Shown here: piece by piece, positions 18,790 through 29,456 of the stretch | Layout of the letters: each line of letters starts with the position of its first letter | Position numbering within the stretch: position 1 is the first letter of the stretch | Assembly (NCBI GenBank): GCA_946185305.1 | Contig: CAMHJE010000003.1 | Span: 10,081-74,080, forward strand | From: an uncultured Clostridia bacterium | GTDB taxonomy: Bacteria; Bacillota; Clostridia; Christensenellales; CAG-138 | DNA length: 64,000 nucleotides | Reading direction: 5' to 3' | Translations under genes and position numbers: made by a program | Notes under the pieces: model-generated | The model's database searches: none | Told to the model about the DNA's origin: nothing | Seen by the model: only the letters and a program-made list of their open reading frames with translations

Positions 18790-19035
18790 ATGCGTTTGGA
18801 TAAATGGCTGAAGGTATCGCGCATCATCAAGCGCCGCACGGTGGCGAACGAGGCGGCGGACGCAGGCCGCATCTCGATCAACGGCAAGGTTGCCAAACCC
18901 TCGACCGAGGTAAAGCCCAGCGATACGCTCGATATCCTGCTCGGCGGCAAGCACTTTCTGTGCCGTGTCGAAAAAACGCCGGAGGTCGTGCGCAAGGAGG
19001 ATGCCGATTCGCTCTATACGGTGATCCAGGGATGA
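18790..19035 (+). CDS. yabO: S4-domain RNA-binding protein YabO/RqcP
   Basis: MRLDKWLKVSRIIKRRTVANEA...GRISINGKVAKPS. Confidence 0.92.
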   Translation: MRLDKWLKVSRIIKRRTVANEAADAGRISINGKVAKPSTEVKPSDTLDILLGGKHFLCRVEKTPEVVRKEDADSLYTVIQG

Positions 19036-20147
19036 TCGCCGGGATCCTGCTCTGCGCGGGCAGCGCAACGCGCATGGGCTTCGATAAGCTGACGACGCCG
19101 CTCGGCGGCTGCACAGCGGTCGAACGTTCAATGGCACTGTTGACGCTCGGCGGCTGTGAGACGCTTGTGCTCGTCACAAGCGAGCAGAACGAAGCCTATA
19201 TCCGCTCGCTGCCGTGTGCCGTGCCGACCGTCGTGGTGCGCGGCGGCGCGACCCGCACCGAATCGGTGCGAAACGGGCTTTTGGCGGCAAAGAGCGCGGA
19301 AATTGCAGTCATTCATGATGCGGCGCGCTGCTTCACGCCCGCAGGCTGCGTGGCGGCATGCATCGAAAGCGCAAGGCAGTACGGCAGCGGCGTGCTGGCC
19401 ATGCCGGTGGCCGATACGGTCGTGCGCACCGACGGCGCGGCCTACGAAACGCTCGACCGGACGAACCTTTGGCGCACGCAGACCCCGCAGGCGTTTTCGT
19501 ATGCCGAGATTCTCGACGCCTATACCCGCGCGGACGGCGGCGCGACCGACGATGCCGCGCTGTACGCCTGCTTTATCGGCACGCCTCACATGGTGCCCGG
19601 CAGCGAAAGGGCGAGAAAACTGACGACCGCCGCAGACTGGCAATGGGCAAAGGAACAATTGATGAGTTATACCAAAATTGGGACAGGTTTTGATACACAC
19701 CGCCTTGTCGAAAACCGCCGTCTGATCCTCGGCGGGGTGGAAATTCCCTACGAAAAGGGGCTGCTGGGCCATTCCGACGCCGATGTGCTGCTGCATGCCA
19801 TCATCGACGCGATCATGGGCGCCGCCGCTCTCGGCGATATCGGTGCGGCGTTCCCGGATAACGACGCGGCTTATAAGAATATTGACAGCCGCGTACTGCT
19901 GCGTCGTACTTTTGATATGGTACAAAAACGGGACATGCAGATCGTACAGCTGGACGCGACGATTCTCTGTCAGCGTCCGAAGCTGCGGCTCTACATCGAC
20001 CAAATGCGCCGCAACATCGCCGCCGATCTCGACCTTGCGCTCGAAAACGTCTCGGTCAAGGCGACGACGACCGAGGGTATGAACGCCGAGGGGCAGGGCT
20101 TATGTATCTCCGCACAGGCGGTCGCGCAGGTGCGCTGCGCGGAGTGA
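19032..20147 (+). CDS. ispDF: Bifunctional IspD/IspF
   Basis: LCAGSATRMG, IHDAAR, QTPQAF, then GFDTH, GHSDADVLLHA, KATTTEG. Confidence 0.92.
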   Translation: MIAGILLCAGSATRMGFDKLTTPLGGCTAVERSMALLTLGGCETLVLVTSEQNEAYIRSLPCAVPTVVVRGGATRTESVRNGLLAAKSAEIAVIHDAARCFTPAGCVAACIESARQYGSGVLAMPVADTVVRTDGAAYETLDRTNLWRTQTPQAFSYAEILDAYTRADGGATDDAALYACFIGTPHMVPGSERARKLTTAADWQWAKEQLMSYTKIGTGFDTHRLVENRRLILGGVEIPYEKGLLGHSDADVLLHAIIDAIMGAAALGDIGAAFPDNDAAYKNIDSRVLLRRTFDMVQKRDMQIVQLDATILCQRPKLRLYIDQMRRNIAADLDLALENVSVKATTTEGMNAEGQGLCISAQAVAQVRCAE

Positions 20148-20182
20148 AACGCCTTTACGGGGTGCGGTAATAAGGAGAAGAT

Positions 20183-21028
20183 ATGCTAATATTGCAATTT
20201 TCGGATATTCTGCGAAAGGCGGGAATTGATCCGACAAAGACGAAATTGATTCGTCATGCGCTTGCAGATGAAGGTTTTTCAAAATGCTATCGTGCTGACT
20301 TAATTGATGAATACACAGCCCATCAGCGAAAGAATTTTAGTAAGGGATATCTGTATTGGGCGGTGTTTATCAGCGACAAAGGTAGTTATGCCCGATTCCA
20401 CGCATTGTATCGTGTTATAGAAGAAAGACCGGACACGCCCGATCTCAAACCGCATAATTGGCCTAATGATAGCGATTTCCAAGGAAAAGAGTCGTTCTTT
20501 ATATTGCAAAGAGAAAGCATTTTTGAGGAATATGAAGGCCGCATTCTAATTGATTGGGGTAAATCTGCAAGAATGTGGCATCAAAAGGGAATAACCGATA
20601 AGCCGATCATCGCTATACAATCTGCAAATAAGCAGCCGTTTCCGGGCTATGAAAGGATTGTTTTATCGTTTGATAAACTGAAAGAAATCATAGATAATTA
20701 CCTTGATTATGAACTATGGCAGAGTGCATTGTCTTCGGTTTATGCGATTTATCTGATAACCGATACAAAGACAGGTAAGCAATACGTCGGATCAGCTTAC
20801 GGACAGGACGGTCTTTTGGGGCGGTGGCGCTGTTATGTGGACTGCTATCATGGAAATAATAAGAAAATAAAAGAATTGATACTGAATAAACCGGAGCAAT
20901 ATCGACATTTTCAATTTTCAATATTACAGTTGCTCGAAAAAACTGTGACAAACGACGAAGTAATTCAATTAGAAAGTCTATGGAAACGAAAACTTCGTAC
21001 AATAGAATTTGGCATGAACGATAATTGA
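20183..21028 (+). CDS. GIY-YIG nuclease family protein (AT-rich, likely acquired)
   Basis: AIYLITDTKTGKQYVGSAYGQDGLLGRW...ESLWKRKL; composition contrasts with flanks. Confidence 0.85.
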   Translation: MLILQFSDILRKAGIDPTKTKLIRHALADEGFSKCYRADLIDEYTAHQRKNFSKGYLYWAVFISDKGSYARFHALYRVIEERPDTPDLKPHNWPNDSDFQGKESFFILQRESIFEEYEGRILIDWGKSARMWHQKGITDKPIIAIQSANKQPFPGYERIVLSFDKLKEIIDNYLDYELWQSALSSVYAIYLITDTKTGKQYVGSAYGQDGLLGRWRCYVDCYHGNNKKIKELILNKPEQYRHFQFSILQLLEKTVTNDEVIQLESLWKRKLRTIEFGMNDN

Positions 21029-21077
21029 TATAGCAAACACTGCATCATTGTGACATTAACTAAATGATAAAAAATTA

Positions 21078-21106
21078 TTGACATTAAAAATCATTTCGGA
21101 TAGAAT
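21078..21106 (+). promoter_or_regulatory. Sigma-A promoter of uvrA
   Basis: TTGACA-N17-TAGAAT. Confidence 0.7.
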
Positions 21107-21155
21107 GAAGGTCCGAAAGCCCTCACAGGGCAAAGAAATACAGGAAAGCACATAC

Positions 21156-24041
21156 ATGGAAACCAAGGAAGTCTTTAAGCAGGCCTACCGCCGCAACGAT
21201 GAGGATCTTCGCATCTACGGCGCGAAGGAGCATAATCTGAAAAATATCGACCTGACCATCCCGCGCAACTCGCTTGTCGTGATGACCGGCGTTTCGGGGT
21301 CGGGCAAGTCGTCGCTTGCGTTCGACACGATCTATGCCGAGGGACAGCGTCGCTATGTAGAAAGCCTGTCCTCGTATGCGCGTATGTTCATCGGGCAGAT
21401 GGACAAGCCGGACGTGGAGCGCATCGACGGCCTTTCGCCCGCGATTTCGATCGACCAGAAGAGCACTGGGCACAACCCGCGCTCGACGGTCGGCACGGTC
21501 ACGGAAATTTACGACTATCTGCGCCTTTTATATGCGCGGTGCGGTATTCCGCATTGCCCGAAGTGCGGCAGAGTCATCGAAAAGCAGAGCGTGGATATGG
21601 TCGTGGATCGCGTGATGGCGATGGAGCCGGGGACGAAGGTGCAGATCATTGCGCCTTGCGTCCGCAAGCGCAAGGGCGAATTTACGAAGCTGTTTGAGCA
21701 GCTTCGGCGCGAGGGCTATGTGCGCGTGCGCGTGGACGGCGAGGTGTACCCGATCGAGGAAGCGCCGACGCTCGACAAAAAGTTTAAGCACACGATCGAG
21801 GCCGTCATTGACCGCCTTGTAATCAAGGAGGGCGTCGAGGGGCGGCTGAGCGAATCGCTCGAGCATGCGTTTGCGCTCGGACAGAACCTCGCCATCGTCG
21901 CGGTGATCGACGGCGACGAGCAGCTTTTCTCACAGAACTTTGCCTGTCCGGACTGCGGCATCGGCATCGAGGAGCTTGCACCGCGCGCGTTTTCGTTCAA
22001 CGCGCCGTTCGGCGCCTGTCCGACCTGCGCGGGACTGGGCGAGCTGATGAAGATCGACCCGATGCTGGTTGTGACGGATCCGGAAAAGTCCCTGAACGAG
22101 GGCGCGATCCACGCTTCCGGCTGGAACAGCGACAGTCAGAACAGCATTTCCGAGATGTATTATAAGGCGCTGGCAAAGCACCTCAATTTCTCGCTCGATA
22201 CGCCGTATCAGGACCTGCCCAAATCCGTGCAGGACGTGCTGCTCTACGGCACGAAGGAGAAGATGGAGGTCAGCTATTCGAGCACCTACTCCTCCGGCAA
22301 ATTCATGGCGGCGTTCGAGGGCATCATCCCGAACATGGAGCGCCGCTACCGCGAATCGACGAGCGATTGGGTCAAGGCGGAGATCGAATCGCGCATGGCG
22401 CACGTGCTGTGCCCGGACTGCAAGGGCAAGCGGTTAAAGCCCGAAACGCTCGCGGTCACGATCGGCGGGCTGAACATTGCCGAGCTGTGCGACCTCAATG
22501 TGCGTTCGTCGCGCGCGTTTTTGCAGAATCTGGAGCTGAACCCGACGCACCGCAAGATCGCCGAGGCGATCCTAAAGGAACTGGATGCCAGATTGGGCTT
22601 TCTTGTCAACGTCGGACTTGGGTATCTCACGCTGTCGCGCGGGGCGGTCACGCTGTCCGGCGGCGAGAGCCAGCGCATCCGGCTCGCTACGCAGATCGGC
22701 TCCGGGCTTGTCGGCGTGCTGTACATTCTGGATGAGCCGAGCATCGGCCTGCATCAGCGCGACAATGCGAAGCTGCTCGATACGTTAAAGCGGCTGCGCG
22801 ATCTCGGCAATACGCTGATCGTCGTCGAGCACGACGAGGAAACGATGATGAGCGCGGACTATATCGTGGATATCGGCCCGCGCGCGGGCGTTCACGGCGG
22901 GCAGGTTATGGCGACCGGCACCCCGCGCGAGATCATGGAGAACAAGAACAGCCTGACCGGCGATTACCTGTCCGGCCGGCGCAAGATCGAGGTTCCGAAA
23001 ACGCGGCGCGAGGGCAACGGCAAATTCCTCACCGTGCGCGGCGCAGCGGCGAACAACCTCAAAAAGATCGACGTGGCGGTGCCGCTCGGCAAATTCGTCT
23101 GCGTCACCGGCGTATCCGGTTCGGGCAAATCCTCGCTCGTCAACGAGATCATCAAAAAGCGCCTGCTGCGCGATCTGAACCGCGCGCGTGTCCGCCCCAA
23201 GGAGCACGCGGACATGGAGGGCATCGAGAATTTAGATAAGGTTATCGACATCGACCAAAGCCCCATCGGCAAGACGCCGCGTTCGAATCCCGCGACGTAT
23301 ACGGGTCTGTTCGATCTGATCCGACAACTGTTTGCCACGACGCCGGACGCGAAAATGCGCGGCTATAACGCGGGCCGGTTCAGCTTCAACGTCAAGGGCG
23401 GCCGGTGCGAGGCCTGCAAGGGCGACGGCATCGTGAAGATCGAAATGCACTTTTTGCCGGACGTGTACGTGCCGTGCGAGGTCTGCCACGGCAAACGCTA
23501 TAACCGGGAAACGCTCGAGGTGCGCTATAAGGGCAAGAACATCTACGACGTGCTCGATATGACGGTCGAGGAGGCGCTGCCGTTCTTCTCCGCGCATCCG
23601 AAGATCAAGAGCAAGCTGCAGACGCTCTATGATGTGGGGCTCGGTTATGTCAAGCTCGGTCAGCCTTCTACACAGCTTTCCGGCGGCGAAGCGCAGCGCG
23701 TGAAGCTCGCAACGGAGCTATCCCGCCGCGACACCGGCCGGACGATGTATATTCTGGACGAGCCGACGACCGGTCTGCATACGCACGACGTGAAACGGCT
23801 TCTGGAGATTTTGAACCGGCTTGCCGATTCGGGCAGCACGGTGCTGGTCATCGAGCACAATTTGGACGTGATCAAGACCGCGGACTACATCATCGACCTC
23901 GGCCCGGAGGGCGGCGACGACGGCGGCACGATCGTGGCGACCGGCACGCCGGAGCAGGTCGCGGAATGCAAGCAGAGCTACACCGGACAGTTTTTGAAAA
24001 AGGCTCTTTGGTGGGACGGGGAAGCGCCGATTGTGGAATGA
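21156..24041 (+). CDS. uvrA: Excinuclease ABC subunit A
   Basis: [10 protein letters not shown], two [18 protein letters not shown] / [10 protein letters not shown], zinc fingers. Confidence 0.97.
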   Translation: METKEVFKQAYRRNDEDLRIYGAKEHNLKNIDLTIPRNSLVVMTGVSGSGKSSLAFDTIYAEGQRRYVESLSSYARMFIGQMDKPDVERIDGLSPAISIDQKSTGHNPRSTVGTVTEIYDYLRLLYARCGIPHCPKCGRVIEKQSVDMVVDRVMAMEPGTKVQIIAPCVRKRKGEFTKLFEQLRREGYVRVRVDGEVYPIEEAPTLDKKFKHTIEAVIDRLVIKEGVEGRLSESLEHAFALGQNLAIVAVIDGDEQLFSQNFACPDCGIGIEELAPRAFSFNAPFGACPTCAGLGELMKIDPMLVVTDPEKSLNEGAIHASGWNSDSQNSISEMYYKALAKHLNFSLDTPYQDLPKSVQDVLLYGTKEKMEVSYSSTYSSGKFMAAFEGIIPNMERRYRESTSDWVKAEIESRMAHVLCPDCKGKRLKPETLAVTIGGLNIAELCDLNVRSSRAFLQNLELNPTHRKIAEAILKELDARLGFLVNVGLGYLTLSRGAVTLSGGESQRIRLATQIGSGLVGVLYILDEPSIGLHQRDNAKLLDTLKRLRDLGNTLIVVEHDEETMMSADYIVDIGPRAGVHGGQVMATGTPREIMENKNSLTGDYLSGRRKIEVPKTRREGNGKFLTVRGAAANNLKKIDVAVPLGKFVCVTGVSGSGKSSLVNEIIKKRLLRDLNRARVRPKEHADMEGIENLDKVIDIDQSPIGKTPRSNPATYTGLFDLIRQLFATTPDAKMRGYNAGRFSFNVKGGRCEACKGDGIVKIEMHFLPDVYVPCEVCHGKRYNRETLEVRYKGKNIYDVLDMTVEEALPFFSAHPKIKSKLQTLYDVGLGYVKLGQPSTQLSGGEAQRVKLATELSRRDTGRTMYILDEPTTGLHTHDVKRLLEILNRLADSGSTVLVIEHNLDVIKTADYIIDLGPEGGDDGGTIVATGTPEQVAECKQSYTGQFLKKALWWDGEAPIVE

Positions 24042-24089
24042 CCGGCGGCTTTGCCAAAGGAGAATTGCTTTGCAGGGAAAGGAGGCCGC

Positions 24090-24842
24090 ATGCGTATTTT
24101 TCGAATCGTCATCGCCGTTCTCGGCATCCTTTTGATCGCGGATTCCGTGATCGTTTCGATGCTGTCGAACTATAATCTCGGCGTGATCCTGCCGGCGTTT
24201 TTCGGCGTGCCGCTGGTGCTGCTGGCGGTGCTTTTGCCGCACATGGACAAGGGCATTTTGTGCGTGCTCAAGTGGGCGGCGGCAGTCGGCTACGCGGCCG
24301 CGGGGATCATCTTCCTTGTCTGCGGCATTCTGATGGGCACGGCAGCCAAGAGCGCCAAGGACGTTGACGCCGACGCGCTGATCGTGCTCGGCGCGGCGCT
24401 GCACGGCGACCGCGTGACATGGGTGCTCTCCAACCGGCTCGATACGGCGGCGGACTATCTCGATGCGCATCCGGATTGCAAAGTGATCGTGTCCGGCGGG
24501 CAGGGCAGCGGCGAGGATATGCCGGAAGCCGAGGGCATGAAGCGGTATCTGCTCGAACGGCGCGGGATCGACGAAAGCCGCATCTATGTGGAGGATCAAT
24601 CGACCTCCACGAGGGAGAATTTCGCGTTTTCCAAGGTGCTGATCGAAAAGGAGCTCGGCGCAGATACGCGCCTTGCGTTTGTGACGACCGATTTCCACGT
24701 GTTCCGTGCGGGGCGGGTCGCGCATTCGGCGGGCATTGACGCGCCGGGACTGGCCGCACCGGATGTGTGGTATATCCGCATCAACAACTTCATGCGCGAG
24801 TGCGTCGGCATCTGCGTCTACGCGCTGCGCGGGGATATATAA
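24090..24842 (+). CDS. YdcF/DUF218 (ElyC/SanA-like) membrane protein
   Basis: IVLGA, VSGGQG, EAEGM, STSTREN, TTDFHVFRA. Confidence 0.88.
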   Translation: MRIFRIVIAVLGILLIADSVIVSMLSNYNLGVILPAFFGVPLVLLAVLLPHMDKGILCVLKWAAAVGYAAAGIIFLVCGILMGTAAKSAKDVDADALIVLGAALHGDRVTWVLSNRLDTAADYLDAHPDCKVIVSGGQGSGEDMPEAEGMKRYLLERRGIDESRIYVEDQSTSTRENFAFSKVLIEKELGADTRLAFVTTDFHVFRAGRVAHSAGIDAPGLAAPDVWYIRINNFMRECVGICVYALRGDI

Positions 24843-24854
24843 GGGAGGCTTGCC

Positions 24855-25334
24855 GTGAAGAAGCGATTGTTTGCCGCGCTGCTGTGCGTACTGCTGATGC
24901 CGCTCGGCTGCGCGGGCGGAAGAGAGAAAATCGTCGGCAAGGCAGTCAAAAAAGCCGACATCCGGGATTTCTACTGGACTTACGACGCTTCAACCTATCC
25001 GCCGGATTTTCTGCGCTACCGGTTCTATGTCGAGGACGGCGCATACAAATTCTTCTGGGAACGGCGCGAGGGCGATCATTGGCCGCTGACCGAAGCGGAT
25101 CGCACCGCCTCCGAAACAATTGACCTGACCGAAGCGGAATGGGACGCGCTTTGGGCGTGCCTCGAAAACGGCACGGTCACAAGGCGCACGGACAATGCGG
25201 AATCCGGCAGCAGCGGCCCGTGGACGTTCCTGTATTGGGAAGGCGACAAGGGCGACTGGCAGGTATTTTCCTTTGCGTCATGGGACGCGCAAACCGATTT
25301 TGAAGCTCTCTGCGCTTTGCTTGCCGAGCGGTAA
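24855..25334 (+). CDS. Hypothetical lipoprotein
   Basis: GGAGG RBS, GTG start, lipobox PLGC. Confidence 0.65.
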   Translation: MKKRLFAALLCVLLMPLGCAGGREKIVGKAVKKADIRDFYWTYDASTYPPDFLRYRFYVEDGAYKFFWERREGDHWPLTEADRTASETIDLTEAEWDALWACLENGTVTRRTDNAESGSSGPWTFLYWEGDKGDWQVFSFASWDAQTDFEALCALLAER

Positions 25335-25367
25335 GACAGGCGCGGAGAAGAAAAGGAGTGTGTTTCG

Positions 25368-26039
25368 ATGAAACGAACGCCGATTGACGAACGAAAGCTG
25401 CCGAGCTATTCGCGCGGCGAAGAAATTATGAATATGGTGACGCACATCGTCGGCGGCGCGGTAGGGATTGCCGTGCTTGTCTTTGGCGTCATTCTGTCGG
25501 CCGTGCACCATAACGTGTGGGGCATCGTCGGCGTATCGATCTACGGCGCAACGATGATCTGGCTGTATACGATGAGCAGCATCTACCACGGCCTTATGCC
25601 GAGCCGTGCGAAAAAGATCATGCAGGTTTTGGATCATTGCACGATCTACGCGCTGATCGCGGGAACCTATACGCCGATCCTGCTTGTGGCGATACGTCCG
25701 GTCTATCCGGTGCTCGCATGGGTGTGCTTCGGCCTTGAATGGGGGCTTTTGGCGCTGACGACGACGCTGACCGCCATTGACCTCCGAAAATATCGCGTGT
25801 TCTCGATGATCTGCTATATTTTCATGGGCTGGCTGATCATCTTTGTCGCGCCGCAGGCGATTGAGGCCATCGGGATCAATGGCTTTTGGTGGCTGCTCGC
25901 GGGCGGCATCGCCTACACCATCGGCGCGATCCTCTACGGTATCGGCAGCAAGCGCCCGTGGTTCCACTCGATCTTCCACCTGTTCGTGCTGCTCGGCAGC
26001 ATCCTGCAGGCCGTGGCGATCCTGTGGTATGTGCTGTAA
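25368..26039 (+). CDS. Hemolysin III / PAQR family membrane protein
   Basis: EEIMNMVTH, SSIYH, LDHCTIYALIAGTYTP, HSIFHLFV. Confidence 0.92.
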   Translation: MKRTPIDERKLPSYSRGEEIMNMVTHIVGGAVGIAVLVFGVILSAVHHNVWGIVGVSIYGATMIWLYTMSSIYHGLMPSRAKKIMQVLDHCTIYALIAGTYTPILLVAIRPVYPVLAWVCFGLEWGLLALTTTLTAIDLRKYRVFSMICYIFMGWLIIFVAPQAIEAIGINGFWWLLAGGIAYTIGAILYGIGSKRPWFHSIFHLFVLLGSILQAVAILWYVL

Positions 26040-26058
26040 CAGAATACGATCCCTTTTG

Positions 26059-26082
26059 AACCGCCCCGGGAGGGCGGTTTTT
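26059..26082 (+). terminator. Intrinsic terminator
   Basis: AACCGCCC-cggga-GGGCGGTT-TTT. Confidence 0.75.
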
Positions 26083-26180
26083 GCAAAACGGTAAAGATTT
26101 CCGGCACTTTATGTCGGTTGCAAAGCACGGCGCGGTATGGTATACTGTTGCGCGAATGAGAAAAACGGGGAGGAACGGCT

Positions 26181-27266
26181 ATGCGATTCGGGAAAACGGC
26201 CTTGCTTATGGCGGCGATGCTGCTGCTGTCGGGCTGCGTGAACAGCGCTGCGCCGGATGTCGCCCTGCCGACCGAAGCGCCGACGCTTGCGCCGACCGCA
26301 ACGCCGGTCACCGTGGAGCTTGTCGTGCCGACCGATCCGCCGACCCCGACGCCCACGCCGACCCCGACCGCAACGCCGAGCCCGACGCCCACGCCTACGC
26401 CTTCGCCGACACCCACGCCGAGCCCGACCCCGACGCCGGTGCCGACGCCGTATTCGATGGTGTGGCTGCCGGATACGCAGAATTTGGCGTACCACTATCC
26501 GGAGCGGCTTGCCAAGGTCGGCGACTTTATCGCGGCACATATCGAATCCGACGCCGTTGCGTGCGTACTGCACACGGGCGATATCGTCGATAACGGCTTC
26601 AAGGACTGGGAATGGGAGAACTTCGATCAATGTCTCAGCCGGTTTTACGGCAGCGTGCCGTTTGTGCCGGTGGCCGGGAACCACGATATCGGGGTGTCGG
26701 CCAAGAGCTATAAGGCCTACGTGCTGCGGCCGTTTTTGGAGGCGTTCCCGGAGAAACAGAAATTCGAGGGCGGAAAGATGCTCTATACCGTGATCGAGGC
26801 GGGCGGCGAACAATGGCTGCTGCTCGGCGTCGGCTGGAGCTGCGGCAGAACGAAGGCCGAGCTGGAATGGATCGACGCGGTGATGACCGAGCATGCCGAT
26901 CTCCGGTGTCTCTTCTTTACCCACGGCTATCTGACCAACCAGAACCGCATCCTGCCCGGCTGTGCATATCTGGAAGAAAACATCGTCAAAAAATACCCGA
27001 ATATCGTGCTGGCCCTGTCCGGCCACTCGCGGGACTACTGCACCAAGGATTATGCCTATGACGACGACGGCGACGGCACAGCGGATCGCACCGTGCATAC
27101 GCTGATGCTGAATCTGCAGGGCAAGAACTACTGCTTTCGGCTTTTGACCTTCGATCCGGTCACGCACAGCATCGCCGTGCAGACCTATTCGCTCGACGGC
27201 GAGCCGGACAACCGCGAAACCAAGGAATACGGCCCGATCAGCTTTACCATCGAAAACGCCTACTGA
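26181..27266 (+). CDS. Calcineurin-like metallophosphoesterase lipoprotein with P/T stalk
   Basis: Lipobox LSGC; DTQ, HTGDIVD, GNHD, TH, SGH. Confidence 0.85.
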   Translation: MRFGKTALLMAAMLLLSGCVNSAAPDVALPTEAPTLAPTATPVTVELVVPTDPPTPTPTPTPTATPSPTPTPTPSPTPTPSPTPTPVPTPYSMVWLPDTQNLAYHYPERLAKVGDFIAAHIESDAVACVLHTGDIVDNGFKDWEWENFDQCLSRFYGSVPFVPVAGNHDIGVSAKSYKAYVLRPFLEAFPEKQKFEGGKMLYTVIEAGGEQWLLLGVGWSCGRTKAELEWIDAVMTEHADLRCLFFTHGYLTNQNRILPGCAYLEENIVKKYPNIVLALSGHSRDYCTKDYAYDDDGDGTADRTVHTLMLNLQGKNYCFRLLTFDPVTHSIAVQTYSLDGEPDNRETKEYGPISFTIENAY

Positions 27267-27279
27267 CACCAAAACATAC

Positions 27280-27311
27280 AGAACCGCCCTCATGCCGAGG
27301 ACGGTTCTTTT
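27280..27311. terminator. Intrinsic terminator between convergent genes
   Basis: AGAACCG...CCTC/GAGG...CGGTTCT-TTT. Confidence 0.6.
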
Positions 27312-27327
27312 CGTTTATCTATGCAGC

Positions 27328-28197
27328 TCACGCAAAGAATGTGATCGAGTAGGCATACTGTTTTGCTTCGCCGGGCAGAAGCGATTGCACGCCGGGCTTT
27401 TCGTCGATGGCGCCGGTGAAATCGTCGTCGTCCGTGCGGCCGAACCACGGCTCCAGGCAGACGAACGGCGCATCCGTCTTCGACCAGACCGCCAGGAACG
27501 GGAAGCCGGGGCAGGACAGCGTCACATACGGCGCACCGTCCGGACGGCACAGCGAAACCGCGTCCACCTGTCCGTCCGGAAAAATCCACGTATCGGCAAG
27601 GGAAGCGTCGTACGGCACCGTGGAAGCGGGCAGCGGATAGACCGTATCGGGCAGGGCAAAGCCTTGGGCGGTCACGCCAAAGTGCGAAAAGGTCCTTTCG
27701 CCCGTAAAGTGCAGCAGACAGCGTTCCTTTTCAACGCCCTCCGGGGGCAGAAAGCCCGGATGCCCGCCGATGGAAAAGAACATTGTTTCGGCGCCGGCGT
27801 TTTCGACATGCCAGCCGATATGCAGCGTGCGCGGATCGGCTTCGTCAAGCGCATGCCGCACGGTCAGCCGGAAATCATAGGGGTAAAGCGCCTTGGTCGC
27901 TTCGGAGGCGCAAAGCATGTGCGTTACGCTCGTTTCGGTCGCTTCGACGCAGGCAAAGTCCAGATCGCGGGCAAAGCCGTGCTGCGTTTTCATCGGGTAG
28001 GCCGCGCTTCCGATACGGTACTGCCCGTTTTTCACCTTGCCGACGAACGGAAACAGGATCGGCGCATGGCGGTTCCACGCCTTGGGGTCCGCGCACCAAA
28101 GCCGATCCGCACCGGTCGCCTTGTCGGTAACCGCGCTCAGCTCCGCGCCGTGATCGGCGATTTCAACGCGCAGGGCGTCGTTTTCCAGAATCCGCAT
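27328..28197 (-). CDS. Aldose 1-epimerase family protein (LacX-like)
   Basis: HAPILFPFVG, QHGFARD, GGHPGF, FVCLEPW. Confidence 0.9.
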   Translation of the reverse strand: MRILENDALRVEIADHGAELSAVTDKATGADRLWCADPKAWNRHAPILFPFVGKVKNGQYRIGSAAYPMKTQHGFARDLDFACVEATETSVTHMLCASEATKALYPYDFRLTVRHALDEADPRTLHIGWHVENAGAETMFFSIGGHPGFLPPEGVEKERCLLHFTGERTFSHFGVTAQGFALPDTVYPLPASTVPYDASLADTWIFPDGQVDAVSLCRPDGAPYVTLSCPGFPFLAVWSKTDAPFVCLEPWFGRTDDDDFTGAIDEKPGVQSLLPGEAKQYAYSITFFA

Positions 28198-28206
28198 GGC
28201 ATTCCC

Positions 28207-28803
28207 TCACAGCGTCGTGCTTTCGCCCATGCCGAGCGAAAAGACCGGCAGATCCTTTGCGGCGGCAAGGAACGGCGCAAGCGGCGCAATTTCAAACGTC
28301 AGCTGCGGGGTCTTGTAGTGCATCGGGATCACCATTTTGGGCGCAAGCCGCTTGGCAAGCGCCGCCGCCTGCGCGGCGTCGATCGTGAACGTGCCGCCGA
28401 CCGGGATCAGCAGCGCGTCCGCGCCGGACAGGGCCGCCGCCGTCGCATCGTCGAGGTCGTGGCCGAGGTCGCCGAGATGCACGACGGTCTTGCCGTCGGC
28501 TTCGATCTTATACAGCGTGTTCGGGCCGCGCTTGGCGCCCTTGACCTCGTCGTGATAGGCGGCAAAGCCGGTGATCGAAAAGCCCTTTTCGGCATGTTCG
28601 CCGAGCGTGTCGATCACGACCGGGTCGCCGCTGACCTGATCGAGCGCGTCGTGGTCGAAATGGTGATGCGAGATCGTCACCACGTCGGCCCGTACCGCGT
28701 GCAGATCGTAGCCGCTGCCCTTGTCCACCGGGTCGGTCACAAGCCGCGCGCCCGCTTCGGTTTCGAGCAAAAAGGTAGAATGTGCCAAATACGTCAGTTT
28801 CAT
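28207..28803 (-). CDS. MBL-fold metallo-hydrolase
   Basis: SHHHFDHD, HLGDLG, IPVGG, IPMHY. Confidence 0.9.
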   Translation of the reverse strand: MKLTYLAHSTFLLETEAGARLVTDPVDKGSGYDLHAVRADVVTISHHHFDHDALDQVSGDPVVIDTLGEHAEKGFSITGFAAYHDEVKGAKRGPNTLYKIEADGKTVVHLGDLGHDLDDATAAALSGADALLIPVGGTFTIDAAQAAALAKRLAPKMVIPMHYKTPQLTFEIAPLAPFLAAAKDLPVFSLGMGESTTL

Positions 28804-29366
28804 CGCATAGTCCTCCGTTCGGTCAAAATGATTTTTGCAGCGCGCGCACAGCGATGCTCAACCTCGATCCGCTCGCGGGCGGGAAGCGCATGCGTCATCG
28901 TCAGTACCGCGCGTTCATCGTCCTGTGTCCACCGTTTTTTTGACGACGCCGCCGACGCAAGCAGGATCGCCGAAAGCACCGGTTCGCAGTTCGGCAGCGG
29001 CGCGTCGCCGTACCGCAGCAGCCGATCCATGCGATAATCTACGTAAGCCGCATGGTCGGAGCGGATCGCTTCGCCGGGCGCAATGTTCGGCAGCGACTGC
29101 GCATACGCGTCAAATACATTCTTGGTCAGCGTCAGCAGGAGCCAGCCGTTTTTTACGTCGATGCGCTGCAGCAGCGGGGCGTCGTACAGCCGGCATTCGG
29201 ATAGGCGCGCCGTCCACAGCGCGGCAGCCTCCTCGGCGCCGCCGCGGACAAAGTCCGGCGCGGCGAGCATCGCGGCGCGGCTCGGCTTGACGGTCAGCGG
29301 ACGGCCGAGCGCCTTTGCCGCAAAGCCCGACAGCGCGGCGGCGGCGGCTTCATAGATCGTGTTCAT
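28800..29366 (-). CDS. Hypothetical protein, weak resemblance to non-catalytic ArgRS domains
   Basis: 188 aa, ATGA-coupled to MBL gene; RIDVKNGWLLLTL and YVDYRMDRLLR segments. Confidence 0.6.
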   Translation of the reverse strand: MNTIYEAAAAALSGFAAKALGRPLTVKPSRAAMLAAPDFVRGGAEEAAALWTARLSECRLYDAPLLQRIDVKNGWLLLTLTKNVFDAYAQSLPNIAPGEAIRSDHAAYVDYRMDRLLRYGDAPLPNCEPVLSAILLASAASSKKRWTQDDERAVLTMTHALPARERIEVEHRCARAAKIILTERRTMR

Positions 29367-29409
29367 ACCCTTATGGTAGCCGCTTTTCGGAAAAAAGTCA
29401 ATCGGAAAC

Positions 29410-29438
29410 GTTTAGACGGGGCAGGGAGAGGGCATACT
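29410..29438 (+). promoter_or_regulatory. Sigma-F promoter of spoIIR
   Basis: GTTTA-N15-GGGCATACT; spoIIR is a known sigma-F target. Confidence 0.75.
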
Positions 29439-29456
29439 TTTTCCGAGGTGAACCGA

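Noticed and set aside
19032-20147. IspD-IspF fusion as novelty
   Set aside because: Bifunctional IspDF is well known.
8180-29037. Long antisense ORFs such as 8180..10015, 13565..15880, 27292..29037
   Set aside because: Shadows of real genes in GC-rich DNA; no motifs or RBS.
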